From assembly GCA_048213135.1 (NCBI GenBank), contig PS015397.1, positions 7,520 to 57,596 on the forward strand: a stretch of 50,077 bases of DNA, given 5' to 3'. The DNA is from Reclinomonas americana ATCC 50394. Taxonomy: Eukaryota. Below the pieces are notes generated by a model. It saw nothing but the letters and a program-made list of their open reading frames with translations, was not told where the DNA came from and made no database searches. The translations under genes were made by a program, and so were the position numbers. How positions within the stretch are numbered: position 1 is the stretch's first letter; each line of letters opens with the position of its first letter. Shown here piece by piece: positions 1-12,337 of this stretch.

Positions 1-104
1 TTCGTAGTACGTCCCGTCCGTCCGACGACGGACGGCGACGACACGACGAACAACGACAACAACGACGACGCCGCCGCCTCGCGTGTAGTTCGTCGCCGAC
101 TTCG

Positions 105-135
<31 letters not shown>

Positions 136-349
136 CTCTCTCTCTCTCTCTCTTTCTCTCTCGCCTCTTCCACATCCTTCCTGCATCTCCCTTTCTCCTT
201 CTCTCATTCCCTCTCTCCCTCTCACTCTCTCACATCACCATCCCATCTCCCATTCTCCTTTTCTTATTCCCTTTCTCCTTCCCCCCAACTCCATCACCAT
301 CACACGCAAGCTCGTCTGAATCCTCCGCTTCTTCTCTCATTTCCCTTCT

Positions 350-388
<39 letters not shown>

Positions 389-709
389 TCTCTTCTCTTA
401 TCCATCTCTTGTGCTGTCTCCTTTATTTACCACGTCTTCATCACCATCACCCCTGCTTCCTGCATCTCCCCTTCTCCTTCTCTCCTTCTCCCTCTCCCTT
501 TTTTCCCTCTCACTTCACCATCACCACCACACACAAGCCAGACTCCTCTCTCTCTCATTGCTCCTATCTTCGTTCTCTCCCTTCGCTCTCTCTCAGTTCT
601 CTCCACATCTTCTCCCTCCGCTTTTCCTTCCATTCTTGTTGTCTCTGTCTCTCACCTGGTACGATGTCTACTCACACTCCACTCTGTGCGTCGTTTGCGA
701 ACCGTGCAG

Positions 710-3700
710 CTCCAGCACGCCAGGTGAGACTCATCGTGCTATTCTCTGCATCTGTTGCTCTCTCTGCTCACTGCCAGTATGTGTTCTATTCCTCTCTGGC
801 TTCTGTGCAGGTCGCAGCACAACGGCCCGCGGACACGGACGCACATATCGCTCAACTCCAGCGCGATCTCGCAGCGGCGCAGCGGGAGCGAGAGCAGCAG
901 CAGCGCGAGCACGAAGACATCGTCGCCCAACTTCAGCAAGCCTACGCTGAACTGGAACAGGGCAAGGCCGAGGAGCAGGAGCAGAATGCCATTCTGCAGC
1001 AATCCGTCGCCGAGCTGCAGCGAGCACTTGTCATCGAGCAGGAGACGAATGCGGAGCTGCAGCAAATCAATGCGGAGCTGGAACAGGGCAAGGTCGAGGA
1101 GCAGGAGCAGAATGCCTTGCTGCAGCAAACCGTCGCCGAGCTGCAGCGAGCACTTGTCATCGAGCAGGAGAAGAATGTCGAGCTCCAGGAAATCAATACT
1201 GAGAGTCTGCGACCAGCCGCCGATATCGTTGCTGAACGCAACCAGCTGCGACGGAGGGTGGATGAGATGGAAGGCCAGCTGCGCAGCCTCTTCCACATGG
1301 ACTTTCTCAGGTTCCTATTGGACGGTGTCTTGGTCTTATCTCGTGCAGCTGTCTTCCTCACTTCTCTATCTCAAATGCGCAGCGACCGCCGTCCCATTTT
1401 GATGCTCACGGAAGTCGTGCACGAGATCATCCCGCTGGCTCTCAGCTCGCTTTTGCAAGATCTCATCGAAGAGTTCTTCCCTGCCGAATTCGACATTGAG
1501 CAGCTCTGTCTTCCAGCTCCACCACCGAGGTACTGAAGGAGAGATTGCCTACGTGTACTATATTCCCTTCTTGCTCATTCTGCCGCGCAGGTATTGTCGG
1601 ATGACTCTGGACAAGCGTGGCAACATTCGCATGCGCTCCGTCGAATTGTTCCCTTCTAATCGCGAGGCGATTCGCGAGTTTAAGCAGAGTGGAATGACAA
1701 CGGACATGGACGTGTCGCTGCTGAGCACACTGCTGTTGCATGTGACCTTTGTTCCTCTTGCTGCCTGCCGGGAGGAGGACCTGCTGGAGAGTGGCGTTCG
1801 TCTCGATCCTGTCACGAACGTAGACCGACTGGCGTTGCACCTGCTTGCGGATGACGCCAAGGTGTGGCGGAGGGAAAGGGGAAGGGCAAAGGGGAAGGAG
1901 GGGAATAGAAATGGCAAAGGGGAGGAGGGAGAGATAGGGAGGGAGGAGGACGAGAGAGGAGTGAGGGCGGAGGAAGAAGGAGCTTGGGAGGAAGGCGAGG
2001 TGTGGAAAGAGAAAGCAAAGGGGAGGAGTGAGGTAGAATGTGAGAGAGAGAGAGAGAGGTAGGAGGGCAGAGAGTGAGGGAGAGCGAGAGGGAAGAGTGG
2101 GGAAGGAGGAGGACGAGGGAGCGATGAGGGAGGGAAGGAAGGGGCGAAAAGGATGGGATGGGAAGAGGCGTGATATGAGGGGAAGAGAGCAAAAGTAGGA
2201 ATGCGAAAGTGAGAGAGGGAGTAGGAGGCAGAGAGCGAGAAAGAGAGTGAAAGGGAGGAAGTGGGTGAAGTGAGGGAGGGAGGGCAGCGTTAAGAGAAGA
2301 ACGGAAGAAGAGAAGTGCGGAAGAGGAGCAAGGGGACGCAGGAAAGAGAGGTCCTCCACTGTGCTTGTTGGTGTTTTTTTTCTTGCGTCCTGCGCAGAGA
2401 TTTAAGATCTATTCTGCCGCGGAGGGAGAGGAAGAGGGAGGGGTGAGGAGTGAGGGAAAGTGTGGTCTTACACCTTGCTTCCCGTTCTCCTTCTTGGTGT
2501 TCCTTCATTGCATCTGCTGCATAAATCTACGTGCTTTCCTGCCCCACTCTCACTCTTATCCTCCGCTCTGAAGATTCGAGCCGTGGAGAACTTGCGTGAT
2601 GTGCGCCATCGCATGTCTCACCTGGCCCGCCTGTCTGCTCTCGAGGACGCAGAGTACGTGACCGTCATGCGTCAGGTTCGTGACTCGCTCTACACGCTGT
2701 TCCCCGACGGACAGCACGAGAGCATTCGTGCCTTGTTTCAAGCATATGCGAGTTGCGATACATTTTCGGTCGTTGTCGTGCTTCTCTCATCTCATTCTCT
2801 TCGGCTACAGAAGTGTGTCGCATCAATGCGACGGCCGAGCTGGTGACGGAGAGCGCAGCAAAATTCGCCATCCGCGCGCCTGTGGTGCCCTTTACTGAGC
2901 TTGAACTGTCGGCAAGACAACTCGCCATTGGTGAGATGCTGCGAAAGCCTGCCTCTGCATCTGCGTCGCTGTTCACCCTTCTGTCCCTGCCGGGCACAGG
3001 TCAAAATGCCGTGTTTCGAGCCGCTCTCCGTCTTGGTGGTGCCGCGCAGAGCGTTGCATACAAGCGGTATCTTGTGAGGAGCGAGAGTGAGCGGGAGGGT
3101 GTGCGAAGGAGTTTCGAGAACGAACACTCGCTGTTGGTGCAACTCGAGTTGCGCGCATTGTGGAAATCTAGGATCTGTGTTCCCCGGCAGTCGCTCACAC
3201 GCCAATACACACAGTCATCCGCACATTGTGAACCTTACGGCCGTGTGCAACGACGATCCGAGTGGCTTCGGTCTCATTCTCGAATATGTCGGTCAAGAAG
3301 GAGAGCGAGGGAACGCCGAGACGCTGCACGACTTGGTGAGACATGAGCAGGTGACGACTCGCCAGCTGCTCAATCTGCTCTTGCAAGTGGCGTCGGCGGT
3401 GGTGTACATGCACACGCGGCGAGTGGTGCATCGGGATCTCAAGCCGCAGAGTTAAGCGAAGGGAGGGGAGAAGGCGAAGGAGAGGGAGAAGGGGGAAGGA
3501 ACAGGGGGAAGGAATAGCGCGAAGGCAAAGGGGGAAGGAAAAGGGGGAGGAGACACGGGGAGGAGACGAGGGGGAGACAGGGGAGGAGAAGGGGGAAGGG
3601 AGGGTGAGAAGGGGGATGGAACAGGGGGAAGGAACAGGGGGAAGGAAAAGGGAGAAGGAACAGGGGGAAGGAACAGGGGAAAGGAACAGGGGGAAGGAGT

Positions 3701-5241
3701 AGGGGGAGGAGACGGAATAAGGAGAACGGAAAAAGGAGAACGGCAGAAGGAGTGAGGGGAAGGGAGAGGGGGAGGGAACAGGGGGAAGAAACACGGGGGA
3801 GGAAAAGGGGGAAGGTGAAGGGGGAAGATGAAGGGGGAAGGTGAAGGGGAAAGGAAAAGGGGGAGGAACAGGGGGAAGGAACAGGGGGAAGGAACAGGGG
3901 GAAGGAACAGGGGGAAGGAACAGAGGGGAAGGAACAGGGGGATGGAGAAAACAGGGAGAAGAGAAGGGGGAGGTTAAAGGAATCGTGATGAATGAGGATG
4001 TTGATTACAAGTAGAGAGCAAACAAAGCGAAGCGTCTATGGTGAGCAATCTGCCAATCACGAGAGCGAGAACCGAAGAGGACGCCTTCCTTTTTAAATCT
4101 TCCTCCTCCTCACCCTCGCCCTCCGTGTCCGCAGATATTCTGATCAGCGAAGACCGACTGGTGGCCAAGGTGTGCGATTTTGGCGAGGCCAAGATTCACG
4201 GCACTCTCGGCAAGATGCAGTCGAAGCACGGCACACTGGCGTATGCTGCACCAGAGACAATGTTGGAGCTGGAGGTTTTACATATTTCTAATTCGCTCTC
4301 GAGCTTGATTGCTGATTCTCACGCTCACTTTGGCCGTGCGCGCAGTACGACGAACGAGCTGATGTGTATGGACTCGGTTCGCTCTTATGGCTCATCGCCA
4401 CTCGCCGCGAGCCATTCAATGGAGAGGAGTCGGTGCTGAAAATTGGAGAACTCATGAAGGCCGGTGTCCACCCTGGTGACCTGGACGACGATGACGTGCG
4501 GGCAGCTGTGCCGGAGGACGTACGCAGTCTGATTCGGCAGTGCTGGGTTGCGTGGAGGAGGAGGGATGGGGTGATGAGAGGGAGAGGTGGAGAGGGGAGA
4601 GGCGGAGAAGGGAGGGAGAGAAGGGAGGGGGAGAGAGAAGGGAGGGTGAGAGAGAGAGACGAGGACTCATTGCGCTTGTAGGAAATGGATAAAGGTTAGG
4701 GAAGAGAGAGAAGGGAGAGGCTGAGAGACAGACAGACATAGAGACAGACACACAGAGAGAGAGAGGGAGAGAGAGAGAGACAGACGGACACAAATAGGCA
4801 GGTTGACTGGCAGACAGACACACATAGCTAGATAGAGATGGCAGACAGACAGACAGATAGAGAGAGGGAGACAGACAGACAGACAGACAGACAGGCACAC
4901 AGCGAGAGAAAGAGAGGGAAGAGAGACAGATAGCCAGGCAGGTAACAGACTGAGAGCGAGTGAGAGAGAGAGCGAGACAAACAGACCGGCAGACAGATAG
5001 ACCGAGAGAGAAAGAGAGAGAAAGAGAGACAGACAGACAAACAAACAAGGCAGACAGACATACACACGAGAAACACGACGACTCTCTTATGCCTGCGGTG
5101 CAGAGGCCACAAGCGACACGCGTGTCGGCATCCTATGTGCATGACGAAATGAAGCGATTATGTGAGGTGGCAAGTGCTGGGTGGAGAGTACCGCCAGGGA
5201 GAGCTGGAGTACGAGGAGGAAGTGCTGCTGGGCCGTCATGA
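710..5241 (+). CDS. Type-B gene copy 1 (5'-partial): [ankyrin presumably upstream of window]-microexon-coiled coil-DZIP3-like HEPN RNase-TKL-like protein kinase
   Basis: Frame-consistent GT-AG exons 710-723, 811-1310, 1383-1529, 1591-1861, 2574-2751, 2811-2930, 3000-3147, 3215-3450, 4135-4274, 4346-4546, 5104-5241. HEPN-like DMDVSLLSTLL...LRDVRHRMSH. Kinase motifs VAYK, FENE, HRDLKPQN, DFG, YAAPE, DVYGLG. From the HEPN exons onward the exon boundaries match the paralog at 22784-27589. Confidence 0.85.
946..1197 (+). repeat. Coding tandem duplication, 2 x 126 bp (42 aa, six heptads) in the coiled coil
   Basis: AELEQGKAEEQEQNAILQQSVAELQRALVIEQETNAELQQIN followed by AELEQGKVEEQEQNALLQQTVAELQRALVIEQEKNVELQEIN. 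Confidence 0.9.
3490..3960. repeat. Intronic purine-rich minisatellite (about 13-bp GGAACAGGGGGAA unit)
   Basis: Many degenerate tandem copies inside the intron between HRDLKPQ and the DFG exon. Confidence 0.8.
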
Positions 5242-5931
5242 GAGTGGACGTGGCCTGTTGTGGACCCACTGGCGATATCCGTATCGAGCGAGCGATTGAT
5301 TGCTGTCTGCAAGGTTTGTTATTAGCTGTCTTTCCTTCAACCATTGTGGTTTTACGTTCTCTCACTATTTCACATTGTGCGGTCAACAGCAACTCCAAGG
5401 GACATTGAGAAGAGAGCCATGAACGCCCGAGGAGGACGAGGCGCTCAACGGACAAGGGATGCGTGTACTGCGCGAAGCGTCCGAAGCGTGAATAAGTGAA
5501 ACGAGTCAAGACGGTCGCGTGAGTATTCTTCACCCTGCAGCAGGTGCACCGCAATCTAAGACAATTAGAACCATCGCGTCGCTACTGCGGCACCCGGCTT
5601 CAACGAGTTCAGCGCCAACGCAGGCCGCTGACACCACTTGCGCCACGAAATCTTCTCGAGGACAACACGCGTTTGATTGGCTTTGCCTCCTGAATGGGAA
5701 GGTGGCAGTTGGAGAAGAGAAACAATGTGTTTGCGTGTTGCTGGTTTGCCAAGGTCATTGTCGGAAAGGGATTTGTGGGCATTTGTTGCATTTGCAATGT
5801 GGTTTTGTTGTTGTCGACGTCTTGTTGCGCCAGCGACGTCGCTTATCGTCCACCATGAAACAGGACAGGCGGAAAAATTCTTGACCGAACTTGCGAACGT
5901 GCGACGAGGAAAGCAAACTGTGTGAGGCACA

Positions 5932-5962
<31 letters not shown>

Positions 5963-5999
5963 TCTTTGCTGTTTCCCTCCAGTCTAAGGGTCAAAGGAA

Positions 6000-7818
6000 A
6001 TGAGGTGTGCGGTGATTTTCAGATGGGGTTCTCACTTTGGCACTCACTCGTGCTTCTGCCTTCTTGTTTGTGCATGTGCGCGTGTGCGCGCGTGTGCCTC
6101 GTCGACAGTGCTCGTCGAAAGCCAGCGTGGCAGATTGCTAATACTGGTGATGTGGAGGCACTGCGCGAATTGGTGGCGCGCGAGGGCGCCCGCACTCTGC
6201 TGAAGCGAAAGGAGATGACTTCGACTGGCGGCTCGGCATTCTACTGTGCCGCTCTGTTCAGCTTCCTGCCTGTGTTGGAGTATTTGTGGGAGGAGAGTGG
6301 AGTTGGGCCACAACTCGCACAACTGATCACCGACATTGGCTGGACGCCACTGATGGCCGCGACTTGCTTCGGGCATCTGCAGGTGGTGGAGTGGTTGCTG
6401 GCCGATGAGCGACGATGTCCACCGGAGATGGTGCGGGTGGTCTCCAGTGGAGATGCCGAGCATCTACAGTGCACTGCTCTGCATTATGCTGCCGAGAGAG
6501 GCCACGAAGCCATTGTGCAACTCCTCGCCACTCGCTATCCTGACCTCATTCCCATGGTCAACAAGGAGGGTAAGACAGCGGCTCAATGGGCACGCGACAA
6601 CGGCAAGCAGCAAGTGGCCGACTTGCTCGACCGTCTTGCTGCGCAGCCTGCTTCGCCACTCAGTCGACCACGTGAAGGTGTGATCTCCCTCGTCTGGCGT
6701 CTGTTGCGATGCATTCCGTTTGTGCTCACATGCCTCCGTGTGTTTTTGTCTTTGTGTGTGTCGCCCTGCCAAAGACGCAGTGCCAGCACGCCAGGTGAGA
6801 CTGACACTACCAGTTTTCGTCTGCTGATTTTTTCTTCACTTGCATCATGTGGCTTCTTTACCAGGCGGCTGGCGATGATCTCACCACATTGGCACAGCAG
6901 CTCGCCGACAAGGACGCACTTCTCGCCCAGCTCCAGCGCGATCTCGCCGCTGTGCAGCAGGAGCGAGAGCAGCAGCAGCGAGAGTGGGATCGGCAGCGGC
7001 GAGAACACGAGGCCGTCGTCGCCCAGCTGCCGCTTGTAGAGAAAAAGAGGTGCGCTGTTCTTGTTGCACTGTCGCGGGGCATATTCTCGAGCTCCCTCTG
7101 TCACTCCCTCTGTCTAATCTGCTTGTTCGTGTCGTTCGTGTGGCCGCAGTCGACGGCACAAAGCATGGCAGATAGCAAGGGATGGGGATGTGCAGGCGCT
7201 GCGCGAGTTGGTGGCGCAAGGGGGCGCGGACATTCTGCTGAGGAGAGAGGAGATGGATTCGATTGGCGGCTCGGCATTCTACTCTGCCGCTCAACAAGGT
7301 CATCTCTCTCTGTTGGAGTATCTGTGGGAGGAGAGTGGCGTCGGCCCGCAACTCGCACTGCTGGTCGATGACGATGGTGGGACGCCACTGATGGTGGCCG
7401 CTGCCAATGGAGACGTGCGCGTGGTGGAGTGGTTGCTGGCCGATGAGCGACGGTGTCCGGCGGAGATGGCGCTAGCGGTCACCAATGACAATGGCTTCAT
7501 TCCTCAGTGCACTGCACTGCATTACGCTGCCTGGAGTGGTCGCGAAGCCATTGTGCGACTCCTCGCCACTCGTTATCCCGAGCTTCTTCCCATGGTCAAC
7601 AAGGAGGGTAAGACGGCGGCTCAGCTGGCGCGCGACAATGGTAAGCGGCGAGTGGCCGAGTTGCTCGAGTGCCTGGCGGCGGAGCGGCCGCTCAATCAGC
7701 CAGGACGACCTCCACATGCAGGTGTGATTAGATCTCATTTGCTCTTGTTGTGTAAGTCTCACTATCGTACGTCCTCACTCTGTCATGTGCTTGTGCCTTT
7801 GTGTGTGTGTGTATGTGT

Positions 7819-7869
<51 letters not shown>

Positions 7870-8612
7870 CGTCACTGGCGGAAAAAGCAGCGCCAGCACG
7901 CCAGGTAAGACTGGGAGTGCTGCTCTGTTGATCTTCCTCCTCCTCCTACTTCTTCTGCTGCTTCCGCTTCTTGTTCTTGTTCTTGTTTTTGTTCTTGTTC
8001 TTTTCTTTTTCTTCTTCTTCTTCTTGTTCTCCTTCTTCTTCTTGTTCTTCTTCTTGTTCTTCTTCTTCCTCTTTTTCCTTCCGCCTTCTTCTTCTTCTTC
8101 TTCTTCTTCTCCTCCTCCTCCTCCTCCTCCTCCTCCTCCTCCTCCTCCTCCCTCTCCTTCTTCTTTTTCCTCTTCCTCTTGTTCTTCTTCTTCTTCTTCT
8201 TCTTCATTCTTCATTCTTCTTCTTCTTCTTCTTGATCTTGTTCTTGTTCTTCTTCTTCGTCTTACTCTTCATCTGCCCCTCACTTCTTGTGTAGGAGGCT
8301 AGCGATGATCTCGCCACATTGGCACGCCAGCTCGCCGACAAGGATTCACTGAATGCCCAACTCCACCGTGACATCGCCGCTGCGCAGCAGGAACGAGAGC
8401 AGCAGCAGCGAGAGTGGGATCGGCAGCGGCGTGAACACGAGGACATCGTCGCCCAGCTGCAGCGTATGGTAGCGGAGCTCGAACGAGGCAAGGATGAGGA
8501 GCAACGGAAGACTGGCGAGCTGCAGCGTACGGTGGCGGAGCTGCATCAGGCCAATTTGCAGCTTCAGCAGGTCAACGCGGAACTGCAACGAGCTGTGCGA
8601 GCGAAGGAATAA
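6000..8612 (+). CDS. Type-C gene: (ankyrin-microexon-coiled coil) x2, no catalytic domain
   Basis: Exons 6000-6004 (ATGAG), 6109-6677, 6781-6794, 6865-7049, 7150-7721, 7891-7904, 8295-8612 (TAA). All intron phases are compatible. Ankyrin motifs GWTPLMAA, TALHYAA, GKTAAQ. Confidence 0.75.
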
Positions 8613-8932
8613 AGTCTTGTCAGTGATGCGTGCGTGCACTAAGGGAGATGTGCGGGTAGCACACAGAATGCCAGCGAATGAGCCAAGGCAGTTATGCGAG
8701 GACTGCATTGCATTGCGATTCACGCAGTCTGCCAAGATACTATACTTTTGCAAGCAGAGCCTTATCAGCAGGCCGTTTGAACGCGCAGGTGCAGAACGAG
8801 TAAGAGCTGGTTGTGTGCGTCATGATACAGCCTTTCCGAGCTCTGCAGATCTCTCTGACGTGAGTCATGGCAATAAACATTGAGTCTCTGTCCGCCAATA
8901 AACAGGACAGTAAAGAACGCCTGTTGTGTGTC

Positions 8933-9013
<81 letters not shown>

Positions 9014-9057
9014 GAAGGCGTGAGCGTGTGTTGCTTATGTTTCCCCCCAGGCATGCG

Positions 9058-11953
9058 ATGCATGAAATCCGCTAGTTTCGCTTTTTTTCGTCTCTGTGGC
9101 CATTTGCCTTGGTCTCTCACTGGCTCCTCTTCTGGCTTGTGTTTGCAGCAGTCGATTCCACAGAGCACATAATCTGGCAGAGTATGGCGATGTGGAGGCA
9201 TTGCGCGAGTTGGTGGCGCGTGAGGGCGCACGCACTCTGCTGAAGAGAGAGGAGATGGATATCCATGGCAGCTCTGCATTTCTGTGTGCTGCTGAGAAAG
9301 GCCATATCTCTGTGTTGGAGTTCTTGTGGGAGGAGAGTGGCGTCGGCCCAGAACTCGCGCAAATGGTCAACGATCGTGGCCGAACGCCACTGATAGCGGC
9401 TGCCGAGAAGGAGCAACTGGAAGTGCTGGAGTGGTTGCTGGCCGATGAGCAACGTTGTCCGCCGGAGATGGTGCGGGCGGTCACCGATGATTTCGACTCG
9501 TCCACCGCGTTGCATGCTGCTGCCGCAAATGGCCGCGAAGCCGTTGTTCGACTCCTCGCCACTTCCAGGCCCGACCTCATCCCCATGGTCACCACCTGGG
9601 GCAGGACGGCGGCTCAAGTGGCACGTGACAAGGGCAAACTGCAAGTGGCTGAGTTGCTCGACCGCCTCGCTGCGCAGTATCCACAGATTTGCCAGCAGCC
9701 GCAACAGGTACCGGTTCCGCGATCTCCTTTAGCCAGAGCTGCAGGTGTGATCCCGTCTTGGCTCTAAGTTTGCGCATTGCGCTGTCCGTACTCACACTGC
9801 GATATGCATGTCTCCTTATCTCTCCCTGCAGTTACATCTTATAATGCGCGAATACTACATGTGAGACAAGAACGAATCTTTTCGTCTGCTTGTAATCCTT
9901 CGCAGCTCTCACTTTCGTTCCTCGTCTCCCTCCGGTTTCTGTGCAGATGAGGTTGAACCAATTTTTGATGAAGAAGGAGCATCTCAAAGCTCAATTGAAC
10001 GTGCGAGAGCAGCCACAGCAAGAGTGGGATTGCAAGCAGCGGGAATATGAGGTCGCTTTTGCTGAACTTCGGCAAACTTGCGCGGATCTGGAGCGAGCGC
10101 ATGCCTCCGAGGAGCAGAAATGTGCCCATCTGCAGCAACTCAACACTGAGTTGCAGCAGGGCATGGCGATGGAGCAAGCGAGGAATGCCGAATTCCAGGA
10201 AGCCATTACGCGATGGCAGTCAGCTCATGCCGACGAGCGAGAGAAGCATGCTCAACTCCAACAAACCATTGCTGAGCTGAGGCAAGGGCGGGCCGAATTA
10301 CAACAGCAACTCGCCCATGTGCGGCAAGCTTATGCTGCAGGGCAACAGCAAGCAGCGCAACTGCAGCGAACTGTGACGGAATGGCAGCAAGCTCACCGCC
10401 AACTGCAGGCTCAGCTGACCACGGCTCTGCGCGACAAGGACGACCTCACCGCACAGCTGCAAGAAAGCAATCAACTCGTCTCCCAGCTGCGACAGGATCT
10501 TCTCCTCGCCCAAGGTCAGTCTCTTGCCCTCGTTCTTTCTTCATGTCAGTGTTCAATGTTCTTCGTTCTCACCAATATCTCACTTCCTCTCGCACTCCCG
10601 TCACAGTCGACACCGCCGTGCAGCGCTTCGATTGGCCCGAGATTGTGCAAGCCACCAATTCATTCTCTCCCCGCCTCAAGGTCGGCGAGGGTGGCCAGGG
10701 TGCCGTCTTCATCACTCTGCTTCGCGAGGTGCACGTGGCCATCAAGGTACTCGACCCCGATGCACCGTGGACGATGGAGTCATTTGAGAGTGAGGTCTGT
10801 CTCTTCCCTCTCCTGTTTCTTCTGTCTTTTCTCCCTTCTCATCCTTCTTCCCATCCTCGCAGGTGGCCACCCTCGGACGCCTGCGTGACCGTCGCATCGT
10901 GCCTCTCGTCGGTTACTCGGTGGGCGACGACAAGGCTCGCTGCCTCGTGTACAAGGCTCTGCAGTGCGTTTCTCATCTGACTCTCTCTTCTTCTCCCCCG
11001 TCTCCATCATCTTCTCACTGTGAAAGCACACAGAGTTCCCAATCTGGAAGATCTATTGCTGCTGCCACGAGCCGGTCGTGCACCACTCTCTGTTGTGCAG
11101 CGTGTGCAGATTGGTTTCGGACTGGCAGAGGCTGTGGTGTTCCTGCACAAGGTTTGTGCGATGTGGATACCATCCTCCATCTTTCCATTCACCATCTCCG
11201 TCACCCGAGCTCTCTGTTCTGCACTCTCTTCCTCTTCTCTCTTCTTGCCTCTTTTGATGTTCTTGTCGCTCTCTGTCTCACGTGTTCTCTCTCTGAATAG
11301 CCCTTGCTATCTGTGCTTGCCCTTTATCTCTCTTCACTCTCTTGTGTCTCCAAATCTCTCACTTTCTCTTGTTTTCGCTGTTGTGTTTTGTGTTTTGTTC
11401 CTCGCCTGACTCACCTCCGCTCGCAGAATGAGGTGGTACACCGCGACATCAAGCCCTCCAACGTTCTTCTTGATCACCGTTTCGAGCCATGTCTCGGTGA
11501 CTTTGGCATTGCACGGTCGATTGCAGACGTCAATATGGTTTGTTGTGGTCCTTTCTCATCTCTTCGGATAGTTGCTCACTGGTCCTCATTGTGCAGACGA
11601 CGACCGCCGCCGGCACACTGGACTACATGGACCCACTGGCGATGCGTGTGCGTCGTCCACAGCCCAAACACGATGTGTACAGCGTAGGTGTGGTGCTGGT
11701 GCAGCTGGTCACTGGCAAGCCCGTGGCCACTGTGGTGGATTGGTCCGTGGAGTGGGACGACTCGCCTGCCTCGTTGCGCGTGATGGATCTCGTCGATCGT
11801 GGAGCAGAGTGGACGCCGCGCATCGCCGAACCCATGTTCGAACTTGGCATGCGGTGCATGAGCTTGCAATCGAGACGACCAACGGCACAGGAGGTGCTTG
11901 ATGTGATGCGCGCACTGCGCGAGGCATGTGGCCAGTTTACGCTGGAACTTTGA
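9058..11953 (+). CDS. Type-A gene copy 1: ankyrin-coiled coil-IRAK/Pelle/RLK-type kinase
   Basis: Exons 9058-9074 (start tentative), 9149/9152-9744, 9832-9860, 9947-10514, 10607-10794, 10863-10963, 11034-11151, 11427-11537, 11597-11953. RFDWPEIVQATNSFS..KVGEGGQGAVF, VAIK, LVY gatekeeper, HRDIKPSN, DFGIAR, GTLDYMDP, DVYSVGVVL. Confidence 0.85.
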
Positions 11954-12337
11954 AGAAAGCAAGTGAAGCAATCGCGAGAGCAATGGACAGAAGCATGCAC
12001 ATCCTTTCGTCTCACGTCTTGAATTCCGAATGCAGGAGTTTGTGTTGATGATGTTTTTATATGGTTTCGGGAGCGAACCCTCGATAAACTTGAGCAAATC
12101 ACCTTCACTCCAAGTCATTCACGCAGTCTTGTCACCGCGGCTGTCGACGTCCCTCCAGTCAGCCGCATCAATAGTTTGGCCAACAAGACAGCTGTTGCTT
12201 GTCTGTTAGTGAATGAGTTGTTGTAACTACTACAACAGCCAGCTTGCAGTACAAGACGAAGTACGAAGTCAATCTGACAATTGATTTGTGACAAGTTGTC
12301 CGCTTACTCTTTCTCAGTCTCTCTCTCCCACTCTCTG

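Noticed and set aside
1-110. Odd CGACGA/TTCG-rich sequence (also 26375-26700 and 42830-42890)
   Set aside because: Adjacent to gaps or microsatellites; likely low-quality contig ends or simple repeats.
739-1361. Long antisense and alternate-frame ORFs over coiled-coil and kinase exons
   Set aside because: Shadow ORFs caused by GC-rich, CAG/CTG-biased codons.
7905-8302. Hydrophobic poly-F/L and poly-P tail on the second ankyrin ORF suggesting a transmembrane segment
   Set aside because: (TTC)n/(CTC)n microsatellite lying in an intron.
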